A DNA stretch of 63,917 bases, the filler included, from Folioceros fuciformis (lineage: Eukaryota), in NCBI GenBank assembly GCA_049999805.1. It is 14 parts of 14 records of this genome, joined end to end, with 100 filler letters (N's around TTAATTAATTAA, not from the genome) between each part and the next. Parts side by side here need not be neighbours in the genome. Positions count along the whole stretch, not along the records: positions 29,435 to 42,183 come from JBNGIO010003276.1; positions 42,284 to 44,391 come from JBNGIO010003277.1; positions 44,492 to 47,547 come from JBNGIO010003278.1; 11 more parts are not named here. One strand, given 5' to 3'. This document shows positions 34,116 through 47,647 of the stretch, one piece after another (the stretch's first letter is position 1; the number at the start of each line of letters is the position of its first letter). The notes below the pieces were generated by a model. It ran no database searches. It was given only the letters and a program-made list of their open reading frames with translations, and was not told the origin of the DNA. The position numbers and the translations under genes are program-made.

Positions 34116-35458
34116 AAGAGAGGATTGACTGCCCCGTATACAGGAATGGTGTGGTTGAACAGATGAACAGTTACATCCAGGAGAGGATATGTAGTTTGTT
34201 GTCAAACTCTGGATTGCCTAACGAATTTTGGGCAGAAGCAGTGGTTATTGCGGTGCATCTTATTAATAGATCTCCTAATAAGGCTGTGGATGAGCAGGTT
34301 CCAGAGGAGATGTGGTCTGCAAAGAAGCCGTCATACAAGCATCTACGAGTGTTTGGCTGCAAGTCATACTACTACGTTCCAAAGGAGTTTCGGGACAAGT
34401 TGGCTCCCAAGTCAAGAAAATGTATTTTTCTTGGCTATGGTGAATCTAGTTAGATGGGATATCGTCTATGGGATCCAGAGGCCAAGAGGATGGTTCGTAG
34501 CAATGATGTGTTCTTCAATGAGACCAAGATGCACAAGCCCACTCCAATTGTGGAGGTGCGACTGGTAGTCTTCCAAGAAGATGGACTTGACCGTCCCGCA
34601 TAGGTTGAGCATTGTGATGTGCAAGAACAAGTTCCTCCACTTGTAGAAGAGGAAAGAGTGCAACCAGCCCCGGTCGAGGCGCCTGTGCTTTGGAGGTCAG
34701 GAAGGATTTCACGTTCTCGTGACAGGTATGTTGCATCTCTTGATTATGTCATGCTGACGAATTGTGCGGAGCCCTCTTGTTATCAAGAAGCCATGTCAGT
34801 GACTGACAAGGACAAGTGGGAGAAGGCGATGCAGTCGCAGATGGATTCGCTCCATAAGAACCAAACTTGGGAGTTGTTCGGTTGCTTAGGGGCAAGAAGG
34901 TGTTGCCATATGGGTGTATAAGATGAAGGACATACCCCATTATGGCAAACCCAAGTACAAGGCACGATTGGTTGCTAAGGTTTTAAGCAACAGCAAGGTA
35001 TTGACTTTGATGAGATTTTCTCGCCAGTTATCAAAATGACCACCTTGCGATTTGTTCTTGCTCTAGTTGCGAGGAACGACATGGAACTTGTCCAGATGGA
35101 TGTCAAGTCGGCATTTCTGCATGGTGATGTCCAGGAAGAGGTATACATGCAGCAACTAGAGGTTTTCATTGAGAAGGGCAAAGAGAATCTGGTGTGTAGG
35201 TTAAAGAAGAGCCTTTATGGTTTGAAGTAGGCACCTAGGGAGTGGTATTACAAGTTCCACTCATTTATGCTTTCTCAAGGCTACAAGCGTAGCGATGAGG
35301 ATCATTGCCTCTATACGAAGCAAGCTAAGGATGGAAGCTTGCTCATTCTGGTCCTCTATGTGGATGATATGCTAATTGCTGGGACTAATAGTGATGAGAT
35401 TTCAGCGTTGAAGTCAAAGTTGAATTCTCGCTTTGACATTATAGACTTGGGAGAGGCT
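34116..35458 (+). mobile_element. Ty1/copia (Tnt1/Tork-like) integrase-RT fragment
   Basis: FWAEAV, QMDVKSAFLHG and LYVDDMLIAG; same family as 49954-51831. Confidence 0.92.
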
Positions 35459-38400
35459 GGAGTTGACAGGCCTACCGTGCTGGACAGGATCGAAGGCGCC
35501 AGCAACTGGGGAAGCCTGGAAAGAATCATGTCCAGAAGGTTAGCAACTACCTCGAATGTGAGGACACCTGCAATCCGCGCACAGATCAGCCAGAAATATG
35601 AACGACTACATCCTACCTTTGGAGGGAGATTGACAGATTTCCAGCGGGAGTGAAGGAGAGAATCCACTGGAGGGAATCGGGGATCGGGTCTGCCGACGGG
35701 CGCGACATCTTGGACCCAATTCCCAAGACCGGCGCCTCACTCCCACCCAAGCACGAGTCGAGTCGAGGAGTCCTTGGAGATAGAAGAGGCGAGGAGGTGA
35801 TGCCGAGAGCTCTTGCACCTTCTCTAAACCCAGTTGGAGGTGGAGTTCCAACCGGCGGAAGGAAAAGCCGGGCCTGAACCCACGAGTATTCCTGCCGAAT
35901 ACTGCTCTAATCCAGGGACCAGAGGCGAGGGCGGCCTCGGAAACGAGGTGGAATCGGCCTAAACGGGCCCCAACCGCCTGTATCCACAAGAGGCCAGGAC
36001 CCACCAGAGGAGGAGTTAGCCAGAGAATCGGCTCTGCGGCAACTGGAAGGGAGGACCCACGGGGTTGAACATACCTGTGAGAAGTTGTGCAACTCCCTCT
36101 CCGGCCAAAGCCAACAACTTGAGAAGGTCAAGGAGTCGATCGCCAGGCTCGAAGCCTAAGTGGGGGAGGGGCAGACGCGGCTAGAAAGGCAGCTGGAGGG
36201 TGTGCTCCAGATGCTAGAGCAGACATCACCCCCAGGACCCTCGCCACTCTCACCCTGCCACAAGACATCTAGGCCCACTGAGTAAGCAGAGGGCACACAC
36301 CATTTGACTCCCTTGGCACCCTTGGGTCAGGCTCTTGAGGGTAGGAAGGAAGCAAGGGCCACGCCAACCATTCCTAGCGAACGTGACTTGAGCACAGTAG
36401 ACGAGGAACTGAAGAGGTTAGTTGTGGAACTCTTACCTGGCGAGAAGGACAACAAGGACCTCAAGGCCATGGTCAAGCGCCTATAGCTGATGAGGTATGA
36501 ACACTGGGAGAACCAGCGGGGAAGAACCAACAGCGAAACACAAGAGGGCGAGGACTACCAGTTCAAACCCAAGCCTTAGTTGGACAAGGAGCTCCACCAA
36601 AAAATCAAGACAACTAACTACCTTCGATGGAGGAGCCAAGGATGCCCAGAGCGTCCATGACTAGTTAGACAAAAATGACAAGTATCTTGCTGCTTCTGAC
36701 AAAGATGACCTGCAGAAGATCCAATTCTGTGTCATGTCACTGGAGGGGTGTGCATACCGTTGGTGGCGCTAGTGGGAGAAACAAGTTGACCTCGGCATGG
36801 AGTCCCCGATCTACTCTTGGCCAGTCTTCCAACAGATCTTCCTTCCCAGGAGCCAGTGAACCACCGAAAGGACCTGTATCAGTAGTTCAGGAACATCTTC
36901 CAACAAGGCACAATTCAAGAGTACTGCAAGTTCTTACAACTTACCTTGGACATGCCTAGGTTGGACGAGGAAAAGAAAATTGAGAAGTTCATCGATGCGT
37001 TGAGGTTCGAGATGCGAGCAGACGTGAACCAGACGAGCCCCACAACCCTAACAGAGGCCATGAAGGCGGCCATCAACTATGGCACCAACAAGTACAAGCA
37101 TCTTTCCTCAACAGGCCCTCCCCAGGCCAAGTGGAGCAAGTCTGCCAATGCCACAGAGAAGAAGCCCACCTTCAGAATCCTCACATAGGAAGAGAAGGAA
37201 GACTACAAGAAGGCCAGGAAGTGCTTTACCTGCGCAGCCTCCAGACATGGTTCGAAATCATGCCCATTCAAGAGGGACTTCATAAGCTGGCTGAAGGAGA
37301 CAGGCAAGTCCACTAGGAGCGGCGTCTACCCAGCACTTGTCAAGAGTGGACACGCCATAACCCTCACAGAGGTTAGTGAACCCACTCTAGCTGCGGCCAT
37401 CATTGATCCTGCAAGTAAACTCGGATCAGTTGCTGCATGCCAATTAGCTCACATACCTATCAAACTTGAGGTGTCGTTGGCCGGAGTACGGGCCACATGG
37501 CTGCTTGACTCTGGGGCCAGTCATCATTATGTGTCCAAGGTAGCTGTAGAACGAGCTGGCCTGTCAATCAAGGACACAGGTCAGGTCTCCATAGTGGTCA
37601 CAGCCCTAGGCGAGAAGGAGACAAGTAGAGAACAGTGGACAGAAGCTGAGCTTACCTTTCCAGGAGGGTTCAAGGAGGTTCTCAAGCTGACCGTGATGCC
37701 CTCGCTCTGCCACAACCTGATCATAGGCAAGCCTTGGTTAGCCAGTCACTCGGATCAGCTAGAGGTAGACTGGAAGAAAAACGTTGTTCACCTCCTGCAA
37801 GACCATCAAACATATGTCATGCAGGGGGAACAGTACGTCCTGGACAAGCAACTGTTTGCTATCTCTACTCTCAATAAAGCAACTGCCATGGGTAGATTCC
37901 TGTACATAGCAAAGCTCAAGAAGGTGCTTCTCTTAGAAGGCACTATGGAGTCAAGGGCCGCAGAAGCAAAGGTCCACGAGGACCAGCTCCCACAGCCCAT
38001 GAAGGACATGCTCTAGGAGTATCAGGATGTGTTTGCTGAACCCACGGAGCTCCCTCCTCGAAGAACCGTGGACCATGCCATTGAGTTGCTGCCAGGCCAC
38101 AAACCGGTTAGTATCTAGCCCTACAGGACATCTACAATGGAAAACAAAGAGATCAAAAAACAGGTTGATGAGTTCTTACAGAAGGGTTTTGTACAACCTT
38201 CTGTGTCACCCTTTGGTGCTCCAGTCCTCCTGGTTGCCAAACCAGATGGAGGATGGCGGCTGTGCATAGACTATCAAGGGCTCAATCAAGCCACAGCGAG
38301 AAACGTCTACCAAATGCCAAGGATCGACGAAATCCTCAACCAGTTGCATGGAGCCAAGCTGTTCACCAAGATTGATCTCAGATCTGGCTTCCACCAAATC

Positions 38401-39192
38401 CGGATTAGGTTTGAAGATGAACACAAAACAGCCTTTCGAACTTGACATGGCCATTTCGAATTCAGGGTAATGCCGTTTGGTCTTACCAATGCCCCTGCCA
38501 CCTTCCAGTGTCTCATGCAGGAAGTGCTGCGACCCCTGCTGAGACATGGCGTTGAAGTCTTCCTGGATGACATTCTCATCTACACCCCTGACCTCGAAAC
38601 ACATGTCCAGTTGATTAGGAAGGTGTTGGACTTGCTACGGGCCAACCCACTGTTCGGCAAGAGAAGCAAGTGTGTCTTCATGAGAGAGAAGTGTGAATAC
38701 CTAGGACATGTGATCAGTGTAGAGGGCATCCAGGTTGACACACGTAAGGTCAGCGCAGTGATGAACTGGCCCTTGCCACAGGACATAACCCAACTCAGAG
38801 GGTTCCTGGGTATGGCCAGCTTCTACAAACGCTTTATCAAGGGATTCAGCAGGATCGCTGTTCCCCTGACGGATGCCCTCCGACATTCCACCAACAAGCC
38901 CATCCAGTTGGGAGCCGAGGCCATCGTAGCTTTTGAGTAGCTAAAGCAGGCCCTTAGCTCGGCGCCAGTACTGGCAGTGGCAAATCCTCACATGCCATAC
39001 ACCATCCACATAGACGTGTCAGATTATGTCATAGGGGCAGTTCTGTCCCAGCTAGGAAGGGCAATTGCCTACGAAAGCAAGAAGTTGCAAGGAGCACAAC
39101 TAAACTACCCAGTGCATGATAAGGAGATGTTGGTCATTACACATGCCATGAAGGTATGACGACATTACCTTCTGGGGCAGAAAGTGGTGTGT
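35459..39192 (+). mobile_element. Second copy of the Ty3/gypsy family seen at 30441-34113, degenerate
   Basis: Colinear Gag/PR/RT/RH peptides ([23 protein letters not shown]). The left boundary is approximate. Confidence 0.92.
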
Positions 39193-39293
39193 TGTGGAGG
39201 CAAAACCCCGGGCACTGATTGCCAATGGGTTCCACCTTTAGTGGCCACACTTATCCCACTGTCGTTGAGACATTGGGTTTCGTTCCCACGAAG
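39193..39293 (-). mobile_element. LTR-X copy 3, cut after 101 bp by a copia insertion
   Basis: Near-identical to 51832-51932. Confidence 0.9.
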
Positions 39294-42183
39294 TGTCAAT
39301 AGGATCAACTCCAGTCTATGTGCAAGTGTAGGAGAGGAGAGGAGAGAAGAGAGGGTGGTATTGGTGGTCACAACCAAAAACAATACACATCACCACTGTC
39401 TTACTATGGAGGTCCAAGGTCTCCATTTAAGTAGTACATTTAGGGCTACACAACTTCCAGGTTCAATATGGGATAATCTACACTATCCTAAGTTCATTAA
39501 TAACTAGAACTAGTCTAGTATGAACCCAACTGGGATAACTAACACCACATGAGTTTAGCTCATATAGAGCTCGATAACTCAACACTCCCCCTCGAGCTCA
39601 ACATAGCATCTGTACGCCTAACATAGCTCAGAATTTCTTCAGCTTCTCTGCTCCCATTGGCTTAGTAAATATATCGGCTATCTGCTCGTCTGTATTGACA
39701 TACACAAGATCAATAGCTCCAGATAAAATCCTTTCGCGAAGAAAATGATAATGTATTTCAATGTGTTTTGTCCTGGCATGAAACACTGGGTTTCGCGCCA
39801 ACTGTATGCTGCTAAGATTGTCACAGTAGATAACAACCTTGTCATTGACCTGCAATCCAAAATCTCGGAGTAACTTACAAATCCAAGTCACTTCACACGC
39901 TGCCATTGCTGCGCCTCTGTATTCAGCTTCTGTACTAGACAAAGCCACTGTAGGCTGCTTCTTGCTACTCCATGTACTCCATGTAAACTGACTTTGCAAT
40001 CCCACTTTATAGTTCAAATCTGGTCGGGATAGAGTGAGATATATCAAGCTACCCACAATCTTCCTGTACATTGTTGGATCTTCAAGTGCTTCACCATCAT
40101 GAGCACTGAGCTTTAGATTTTGATCCAAAGGAATCGAGATTGGCTTGCACTCAACCATACCATACTTAGTTAGTACATCCGACGCATACTTCCGCTGTGA
40201 CAGCCAAATGCCTGTGTTGGTTCGTATAATTTCAATGCCCAAAAAGAACCTCAGTTCACCTAGGTCCGCCATCTTGAATTCTTGTTGTAGAAGTTCCTTG
40301 ATCTGCTCCACTTGATCCAACTGATTACCTCCAATGATTAGATCATCCACATAAATGGTCACAAAGACCAGTCGTTTTGTACTTTTGCACACATACAACG
40401 AATGATCCGCATCTGCCATGTTGAATCCGATGTGAATCAGATGCTGAGCAAGACGCTCATGCCAAGCCCTCGGGGCTTGCTTCAGTCCGTACAACGTTTT
40501 TTTCAGCTTGCACACATGATTTGGATGATCCAAATCCTCATATCCTGGTGGCTGGTCCATGTATACTTCTTCCAGCAATTCTCCATGTAAAAACGCATTC
40601 TTCACATCCATATGATGTAGGACCCAACCTTTCGATGCCGCTAGTGCGATCACGGTTCGAATTGTTGCCATTTTGGCAACTGGGTTGAACGTCTCCTCAA
40701 AATCTATTCCATATGTCTGGGCATATCCCTTGGCCACAAGCCTTGCCTTGTACCTGTTGATACTACCATCTGCGTTGTGTTTGACCTTGTACACCCATTT
40801 GCAACCTATTGGTTTCTTGCCTTCAGGTAGTTGTACTAGGTCCCATGTTACATTCTGATTTAACGCATTCATTTCTTCATCCATAGCATGTTCCCACTTT
40901 GTGTCTCCAATAGCTTCTTCAAAGCTTCTTGGTTCCACATCCTGTACAACCTTTGCCATATAGGCATGGTGCCTAGCTACATAGCTATCATAGGTCAACC
41001 GCTGTATTGGAACCTTCTGCCTTCCAGATCTCCGTGGGATTGAACCACTTCCAGGGGCTGATTGAACCTCTTTTGCACCAGGTGTTTCGATTTTCGGTAC
41101 ACCGAATTCCTCATCCAAGCTCTGCTCAGAGTCGCTTGAATCATCCGCACCTGCACTTAGGTCTGGTATCTTTGAATCCTGGACTTTTTCCTTCCCTTTG
41201 CGAGACACAGCTGTGGAGCTCGTAGGACTCACACTACCTCGCAACCTGCCACTCCATGGATTCTGAACATTTGTCGAGTTTGATGATGCTTGCGGTCCAC
41301 TCAACACTTGTGATTGTTGACCTGCATTGCTTGTTACCTCAGTTTCAAGCACATCAGCTACACTACTTCCTTGTACTTCAAAGTACCAGCTACCCATTTC
41401 ATCAAAGACTACGTCTCTGCTTACTCTCATAGTCCGTGTACTGGGATTGTAGCACCTGTATCCTTTCTGTGTAACAGAATACCCAATGAAGACACACTTT
41501 TCTGCTTTTGGATCAAGCTTAGTCCGTAACTCATCCGGAATATGGACATAAGCAATGCAACCAAATACCTTTAAGTGTGACAAGTCAGGTTTCTTCCCTG
41601 TGAACTTCTCCTCCGGTGTTACACTGTGCACCGCTGCTGTGGGAGTTCTGTTCATGATGTACACTGCTGTGCTTACAGCTTCAGCCCAATAGTAGTGAGG
41701 CATCTTCTTCTCTGTCATCAATGCTCTCGCCACTTCTGCTATGTGCCTGTTCTTGCGCTCTGCAACTCCATTTTGTTGTGGCGTATAACGACATGAGTAC
41801 TGCCGTTGAATGCCCTGTTCTGATAAGAATTTGCTGAACTCTCTGGAGAAGTACTCTCCCCCTCCATCAGATCTTAGGCATTTGATGTGCCTACCTGTCT
41901 GCTTCTCAACCATCGCCTTGAAAGTATGAAAATGAGTGATCACTTCACTTTTTTCTTTCATGAAATAGACCCACACCTTCCTTGTGTGGTCGTCAATGAA
42001 GGTCACATAGTACTTGCAGCCTCCGATTGATGCAGTCTGTGTAGGACCCCATACATCTGAATGCACAACATCCAACACATATCTGCTGACATGTTTGTCA
42101 TGGGGGAACGCATTCCTAGGCTGTTTCCCAAGTTGACATGCTTCACATATACCTTGCAGTCCATTTTCTGTAAGCTTGGGTAT
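39294..42183 (-). mobile_element. Ty1/copia: 3' LTR (39294-39584), PPT (39585-39592) and open INT-RT-RH frame with an internal deletion
   Basis: 816-aa ORF with VHSDVWGP, LRSDGGGEY and YVDD; TG...CA LTR next to CTCCCCCT. Confidence 0.95.
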
Positions 42184-43003
42184 NNNNNNNNNNNNNNNNN
42201 NNNNNNNNNNNNNNNNNNNNNNNNNNNTTAATTAATTAANNNNNNNNNNNNNNNNNNNNNNNNNNNNNNNNNNNNNNNNNNNNCGACGAGGAGCGCAAAG
42301 AGAAGTACAACAAGGCCATGGCCTTCTTGCAAGAGCAGGAACATGCCTTCAAGTCGGGCCAACTTGGAAAAGGACGGAAGAAGAAACGAAGGTGAAGACA
42401 TTTTCCAGCACAAGCGCAGCCCAGTGACTACTTTCTAGGTCGATGGATGGCCTTGTCGTTTAGGCCTCTTGCGCCACAGCCGTTCCAGCAGTGTGTACCT
42501 GATTCCATAGGGGAGTGGCTGAAACTTGCGCTATTCTTGAACGGTCCGTTACAGGTCGGTCTGGCCATCCGAAGACCCGAGGCGTAGCACAGTGCCCGCC
42601 CCCAATCGGATGGTGATGGCACCCGTACAAGCACCCTGTGTTTCTGCTGCCGTAGAATTTCTGCAATGTCCCCAGCCTCGGTAAATCTCAGAATAATGCT
42701 GCACTGTTCATACGCTTTTCTGCCATGGCCAGAATGTGTTCCGAGCTTGCGAGGGAAGACCTCCTGTGTGCCGTGGCCATAATTCAGAGTAGTGGTGACC
42801 CCGGTACATGCGTTACCGTGCAGTGCTGTGTTCTCCGTCCTTCGGGTTCCGTTCCAGGCCTCCTGGCATTTCCGCTTCGACTGTTAAAATAAGCTGCTTA
42901 TGAACTTGGCTGGCCACCTGACGCTCCTTCGTGCGTCCCGCAGGCAAGTAAGGCGGGAATCGACAAAGTGAAGCTCTAAGATTCGCATCCCACTTTCTGC
43001 ATT

Positions 43004-43195
43004 ATGAAGACTTCAACGAGGCCCATCATGTCTGCAGGCTTTCTTCATTTTGAAGATTTGCGCGAAGGCCCATCACCATTTTGAAGACTTCCGTGCAGGC
43101 CCATCACGTCACGTCACCATGCTTTCTCCATTTTGAAAACTTGCGCAAAGGCCCATGAAGACCCCCCTTGAAGACTTGGACGAAGGCCCATCACA
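43004..43195 (+). repeat. Five dispersed copies of a TGAA(G/A)A(C/T)TT-N5-6-AGGCCCAT motif
   Basis: Copies at about 43005, 43051, 43082, 43134 and 43169. Confidence 0.75.
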
Positions 43196-43459
43196 GCAGG
43201 AGCGGTGTAGGGCTTCATCTATCTGACGTGGTGGCATTTTTCGACAACAGTGTCGATCGCATTACAAACACAATTTTTTGGACAACATCGAGCACGCGGC
43301 AGATCAGCTTCAAGGGAAGTAGTGAAGCGGATTGCAGGATCGACCGAGGAGGAGATGGAAGCAAGAAGAGAAGAAAAGAAAGAATGCTTGATTGAGAGCC
43401 GTGTGGCCTTCAAAAAGGCGTGCGGGCACCTGTTCGTGGTGACCCGTGAACGTGGCGTT

Positions 43460-44391
43460 TAATATTTAGGACACGACCCTTAGACACGTCTATAGCTATC
43501 CATCGTTTGGACTTAATTAATAAACACTGGCTATTTATATAATTATGCGACCCTAACCCTAACTCTTTTATATTTATACTCCCACTTAGACAGTTGTTTA
43601 TTCATTGTTCACCTTTGATTCCGTTAAGGTTACCACAATCTCTGTTAGGTTTCCCCGAGCTATGGGTGATGGCTAGCCTCGAGCTGGAGACATCAGTCCT
43701 CCTTGGTCTTTGCCTGGTGTTGGTGGCGATGCTCCTGCGGCGCAAGCTACCTTGGAGGAGGAGCTCGAGATGGTGCACTCCAAGCTCCGAATTGCGTAGG
43801 GACTGCCCCAACTTGTTCCTGATGCTCCGTTCAAGTACCTGCCAAATTGCATAGACAAATTTATCTGTGCCGGAAGCGAGTTCACTGAGGACGGGCGGCT
43901 GATTGTCAGATTTGGTGAGGATCCTGCTACTTAGTTGCAGTCCATTCAGGCTGAATCCTTGCACCCATAGCTGACCCTCTGCTGCTGTGCACAGAACCCT
44001 GGTGGCGCTGCTCCTCGGTGATGCCCACTCGGCGTTTCTTGCCTGGATAGGAAACTGCAGCCCTTTTTGTTTTAGCTGTCCAAGTGGTTGTATCCACTAT
44101 GCATCTGGGTTGATTACGAGGCCCATTGCCCTAGCAAATTTGTCATGCTTCTCTCTTGGCAGGGCCTTGGTGAGAATATTAGCCACATTCTCTTCTGTAG
44201 GGACATACTGCAAATTTACATGCCCCTCAACTACCACTTGGCGAATAAAGTGATGCTTAATTTCAATATGCTTTGTCCTTGCATGCATTACTGGATTTTG
44301 TGCTAATGCAATCGCTGACTGGTTGTCACTAAGTAGAAGTGTGGGTTCAAGTTGTTGCTCCTCTAATGATGCAAGGAGCTGTCTTGCATGG
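43460..44391 (-). mobile_element. Ty1/copia 3' end: RNase H C-terminus, 3' region, PPT (43579-43587) and short LTR (~43460-43578)
   Basis: HARTKHIEIKHHF and CTCCCACTT; related to the element at 2278-5185. Confidence 0.85.
43669..43934 (+). pseudogene. Antisense accessory ORF (family A), frameshifted
   Basis: MASLELETSVLLGLCLVLVAMLLRR, then in a shifted frame TLEEELEMVHSKLRIA*GLPQLVPDAPFKYLPNCIDKFICAG. Confidence 0.65.
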
Positions 44392-44491
44392 NNNNNNNNN
44401 NNNNNNNNNNNNNNNNNNNNNNNNNNNNNNNNNNNTTAATTAATTAANNNNNNNNNNNNNNNNNNNNNNNNNNNNNNNNNNNNNNNNNNNN

Positions 44492-47039
44492 GCTGATAAT
44501 CGGAGGGTGTATCAAATAATCCTCCAGGTGAAACCACTTCCTCCATGTCGAAATCCCCAAACACTATTGATTCAGACTCATAACTGTCTGGAGGTCGGAC
44601 AGGAGGCTTTGATGGAGGTGTGATGGGAATCTGATTGAGTGCTGGAGCAAGTGGTACAACCGGATTAATTTGTGGTGCCGGTGCTGCAGCTGCTGAGGCT
44701 GCAGGAGGGAGAAATGTCTCCTCTGAGTCATCGTCTGACTCATCTAGTGAGTCAAGAATAAATGCTCCCACTGAGTCCTGAGACTCCACACCTTCTACGA
44801 ATATGACATCCCTGGAATGAGTTACTCTGCGGGTATGTCTGTCAATCACCTTGTATCCTTTGATGCCCTCGGTGAAGCCAATAAATATGCAGGGTGTAGA
44901 CTTGGGTTCAAACTTCTTCCGAAGGTCCTTGTGTATATGAACATATACTGGTGAGCCAAAAACCCGCATGTTGGAGATATCTGGCTTTACTCCAGTCCAC
45001 ACCTCATAAGGTGTCTTGTCCTTGACAGCAGCATGCTCAATACGATTTTGTATGTACATAGCATAGGCTACGGCTTCTGCCCAGTAGCATTTAGGAAGTT
45101 TTGCATAGCTTAGCATGCTGGAGGCTGACGTTTCGAGTGCCTTGTTTTTATTCTCGGCCACTCCATTTTGCTGAGGCGTCCGTATAGTGGTAAGCTGCCT
45201 AGCAATGCCATGGGCTTGGCAAAAAGCTTGAAACTCTCCAGATACGTATTCTCCCCCATTATCTGAGCGCAGTGCCTTCAACTTCTGCTCAGTTTGATTT
45301 TCTGACCATATTTTGTACTCCATGAAGCAGGGCAGGGTATCTGACTTGTGCTTGAGTAGATAAACCACAGTGAATCTGGAATAATCATCAACGAAGGACA
45401 AGAAATAGAGCTTGCCGCCAAGAGATGTGGGAAGAGGCCCACAGACATCACTGTGAACAAGTCCAAGTACCCTCGTAGCTCGTTCAGCCTGCTCAGTTGG
45501 AAATGCAGACCTTTGATGCTTGCCTATGACACAAGAATTGCAGACTCCAAAATCAGATAAGGTATCCAACTTCAATCCTTTGACCAACTGTTTTTGATGC
45601 ATTCTTACTAACTTCTGGAAATTCAAGTGTACAAGTCTTAAATGCCACAAATAGGTCAAGGAAGGCTGCGACATGTGAGCTGAGTGCGTAGCTGCATTGG
45701 CATGAACTTTCTTAACATCAAGATGGTACAACTCGTCTGCTCTCAGTCCTCCTGTGGCCATCAGCCTTCCATCATGTGTCTCCACTACACACTTGCTGTC
45801 ACCAAAACAGATGTAGCAGCCAGATTCATCAATTTTCCGTACCGAAACCAGGTTCTTGGCTAGGCCTGGGACGTACAAGACATCTGGAATTTCCAGATGC
45901 TCATCAGGTTCAAGGTCGAGCTGAATTGTACCTTGTCCTTCAATTTTGTGTGTGGAATCATCACCCAAGCATACAAACCTTTCGCCTTGCACAGGTTGCA
46001 GATTTGTGAAGTATGACTGATAGGGAGTCATGTGCTGAGAGGCACCGGAGTCAATATACCATACATGCTCATCGCTTGATGCGTAACATGTGACGACAAG
46101 TGCTGAGATGGTGCCCAAACAAGGTACTTCTTTCGCCTTATTCTGGACACTTGCTGCAAACGCTCGTGAATACTTCTTCATAGTGACTGCGAGGTTCCCT
46201 CCTGAATGGCTGCTATTTGACTCATTTGCCAGGCGCTTCCTACAGGTTTCCCAAGAGTGGTTGGGAATACCACAATAGCCGCATGGTGGCTTAGGTCTGC
46301 TAGCATTAAAAGGTTGTGGTTGAAATGGGAAGCCTCGACCACGTCCTCTTCCTCTGACAAAAGGTCTGCCTCTGCCCCTGCCTCTTACAGGCTTATTCAT
46401 GAAGAGGGCTTTGTCTCCTGCTGATATAGAGGACGATGCCATCTTGCGGCGATTCTCCTCTGTGAGCATGGTCGATATGACACGGTTCACAATAATTGCT
46501 GCCACATTTTGCAGGGACTGGACTACATTGGTCCAACTTTCAGGGAGCTGAGATAATAAGAGGACTGCCATAATTTCCTCCTCAAGTTTGAGGCCAAGAG
46601 CCTGAAGCTTTGTTTGCCAACTCCTCCAAGTGAGTACAAACTCAGCAACTTTATCAGACTCTAACATTTTCAGTGTCACAAAAGACTTGAGAGTATGAGT
46701 TTTCAGCATTAGATCTGAAGCGTCGTACACTTCCAGTAATTGTTGCCATAATGCTGCAGCTGATGTAATGGAGCCCATCAACGTGGCAATGTGTGAGCTC
46801 TTGACGCTCATAGTTAATGAGCTTCTTGCTTGTTGATTTGCAGCCTTCCATGCTGCAATTTCATCAGTTGTTGCTGTGTTAGGCGGTTCAGGTATTAGGA
46901 CCGCTGCACCAACATACTCCCAGAGATTGCGTGACTTCAGCAGCTCCTCCATTCGAAACTTCCAGAGATTGAAGTTCTCCCCATAAAACTTGTCCTCCTT
47001 AGCCAAGGAGACTGGAGTGGAAGGTGATTGTGCTGCCAT
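44492..47039 (-). mobile_element. Ty1/copia gag-protease-integrase, uninterrupted ORF running to the contig end
   Basis: CGYCGIPNHSWETC, WYIDSGAS, LWHLRLVH, VHSDVCGP and LRSDNGGEY. Confidence 0.95.
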
Positions 47040-47053
47040 GACTCTAGGAAGGA

Positions 47054-47347
47054 CTAGAGGCTCAAAGGAATAGGATGGAACCTAGCTGCGCACGAAGAGA
47101 GTGAGTCAACTGGACTCTCTACTTCTAATGAGACTTGGAGGTGAACAGACAAAGCAAAACAGAATTCGGAATGAATTTTATCCACTACATGACTTGCATA
47201 TGCATAGATGTAGGGGTAGCTAGGTATGATTGGTTGCTGTCTAAAGAGAATGTCTAGTGCTGATAAGACCTGATTAAAGACAAAGTTTGGTGATGCAGGA
47301 AGGCTTATGACAAAAGTCGACATAGAAGGGGGAGACATCTTCAGCAC
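47054..47347 (-). CDS. 97-aa sense ORF ending 14 nt upstream of the gag ATG
   Basis: Open frame in the leader of an otherwise intact element. No homolog recognised. Confidence 0.35.
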   Translation of the reverse strand: MLKMSPPSMSTFVISLPASPNFVFNQVLSALDILFRQQPIIPSYPYIYAYASHVVDKIHSEFCFALSVHLQVSLEVESPVDSLSSCAARFHPIPLSL

Positions 47348-47647
47348 TCAGCACTAATAAGAAATGTCGATTTGGCTCCAGTCATACCCGTCAGCGGCTT
47401 CAAAACCTTGTACCAGGTTAGTGGCCATAAGCTCCAAAACAATGCACAGTCTAATCCAAACCTGTTGCCACCTGTTTCCAGGTGCAAGGGTTTCTTGATA
47501 CTCCCTCTCGGACGTTCTGAAGTAGGCTCGAGTAGCCTCTTCACGTANNNNNNNNNNNNNNNNNNNNNNNNNNNNNNNNNNNNNNNNNNNNTTAATTAAT
47601 TAANNNNNNNNNNNNNNNNNNNNNNNNNNNNNNNNNNNNNNNNNNNN

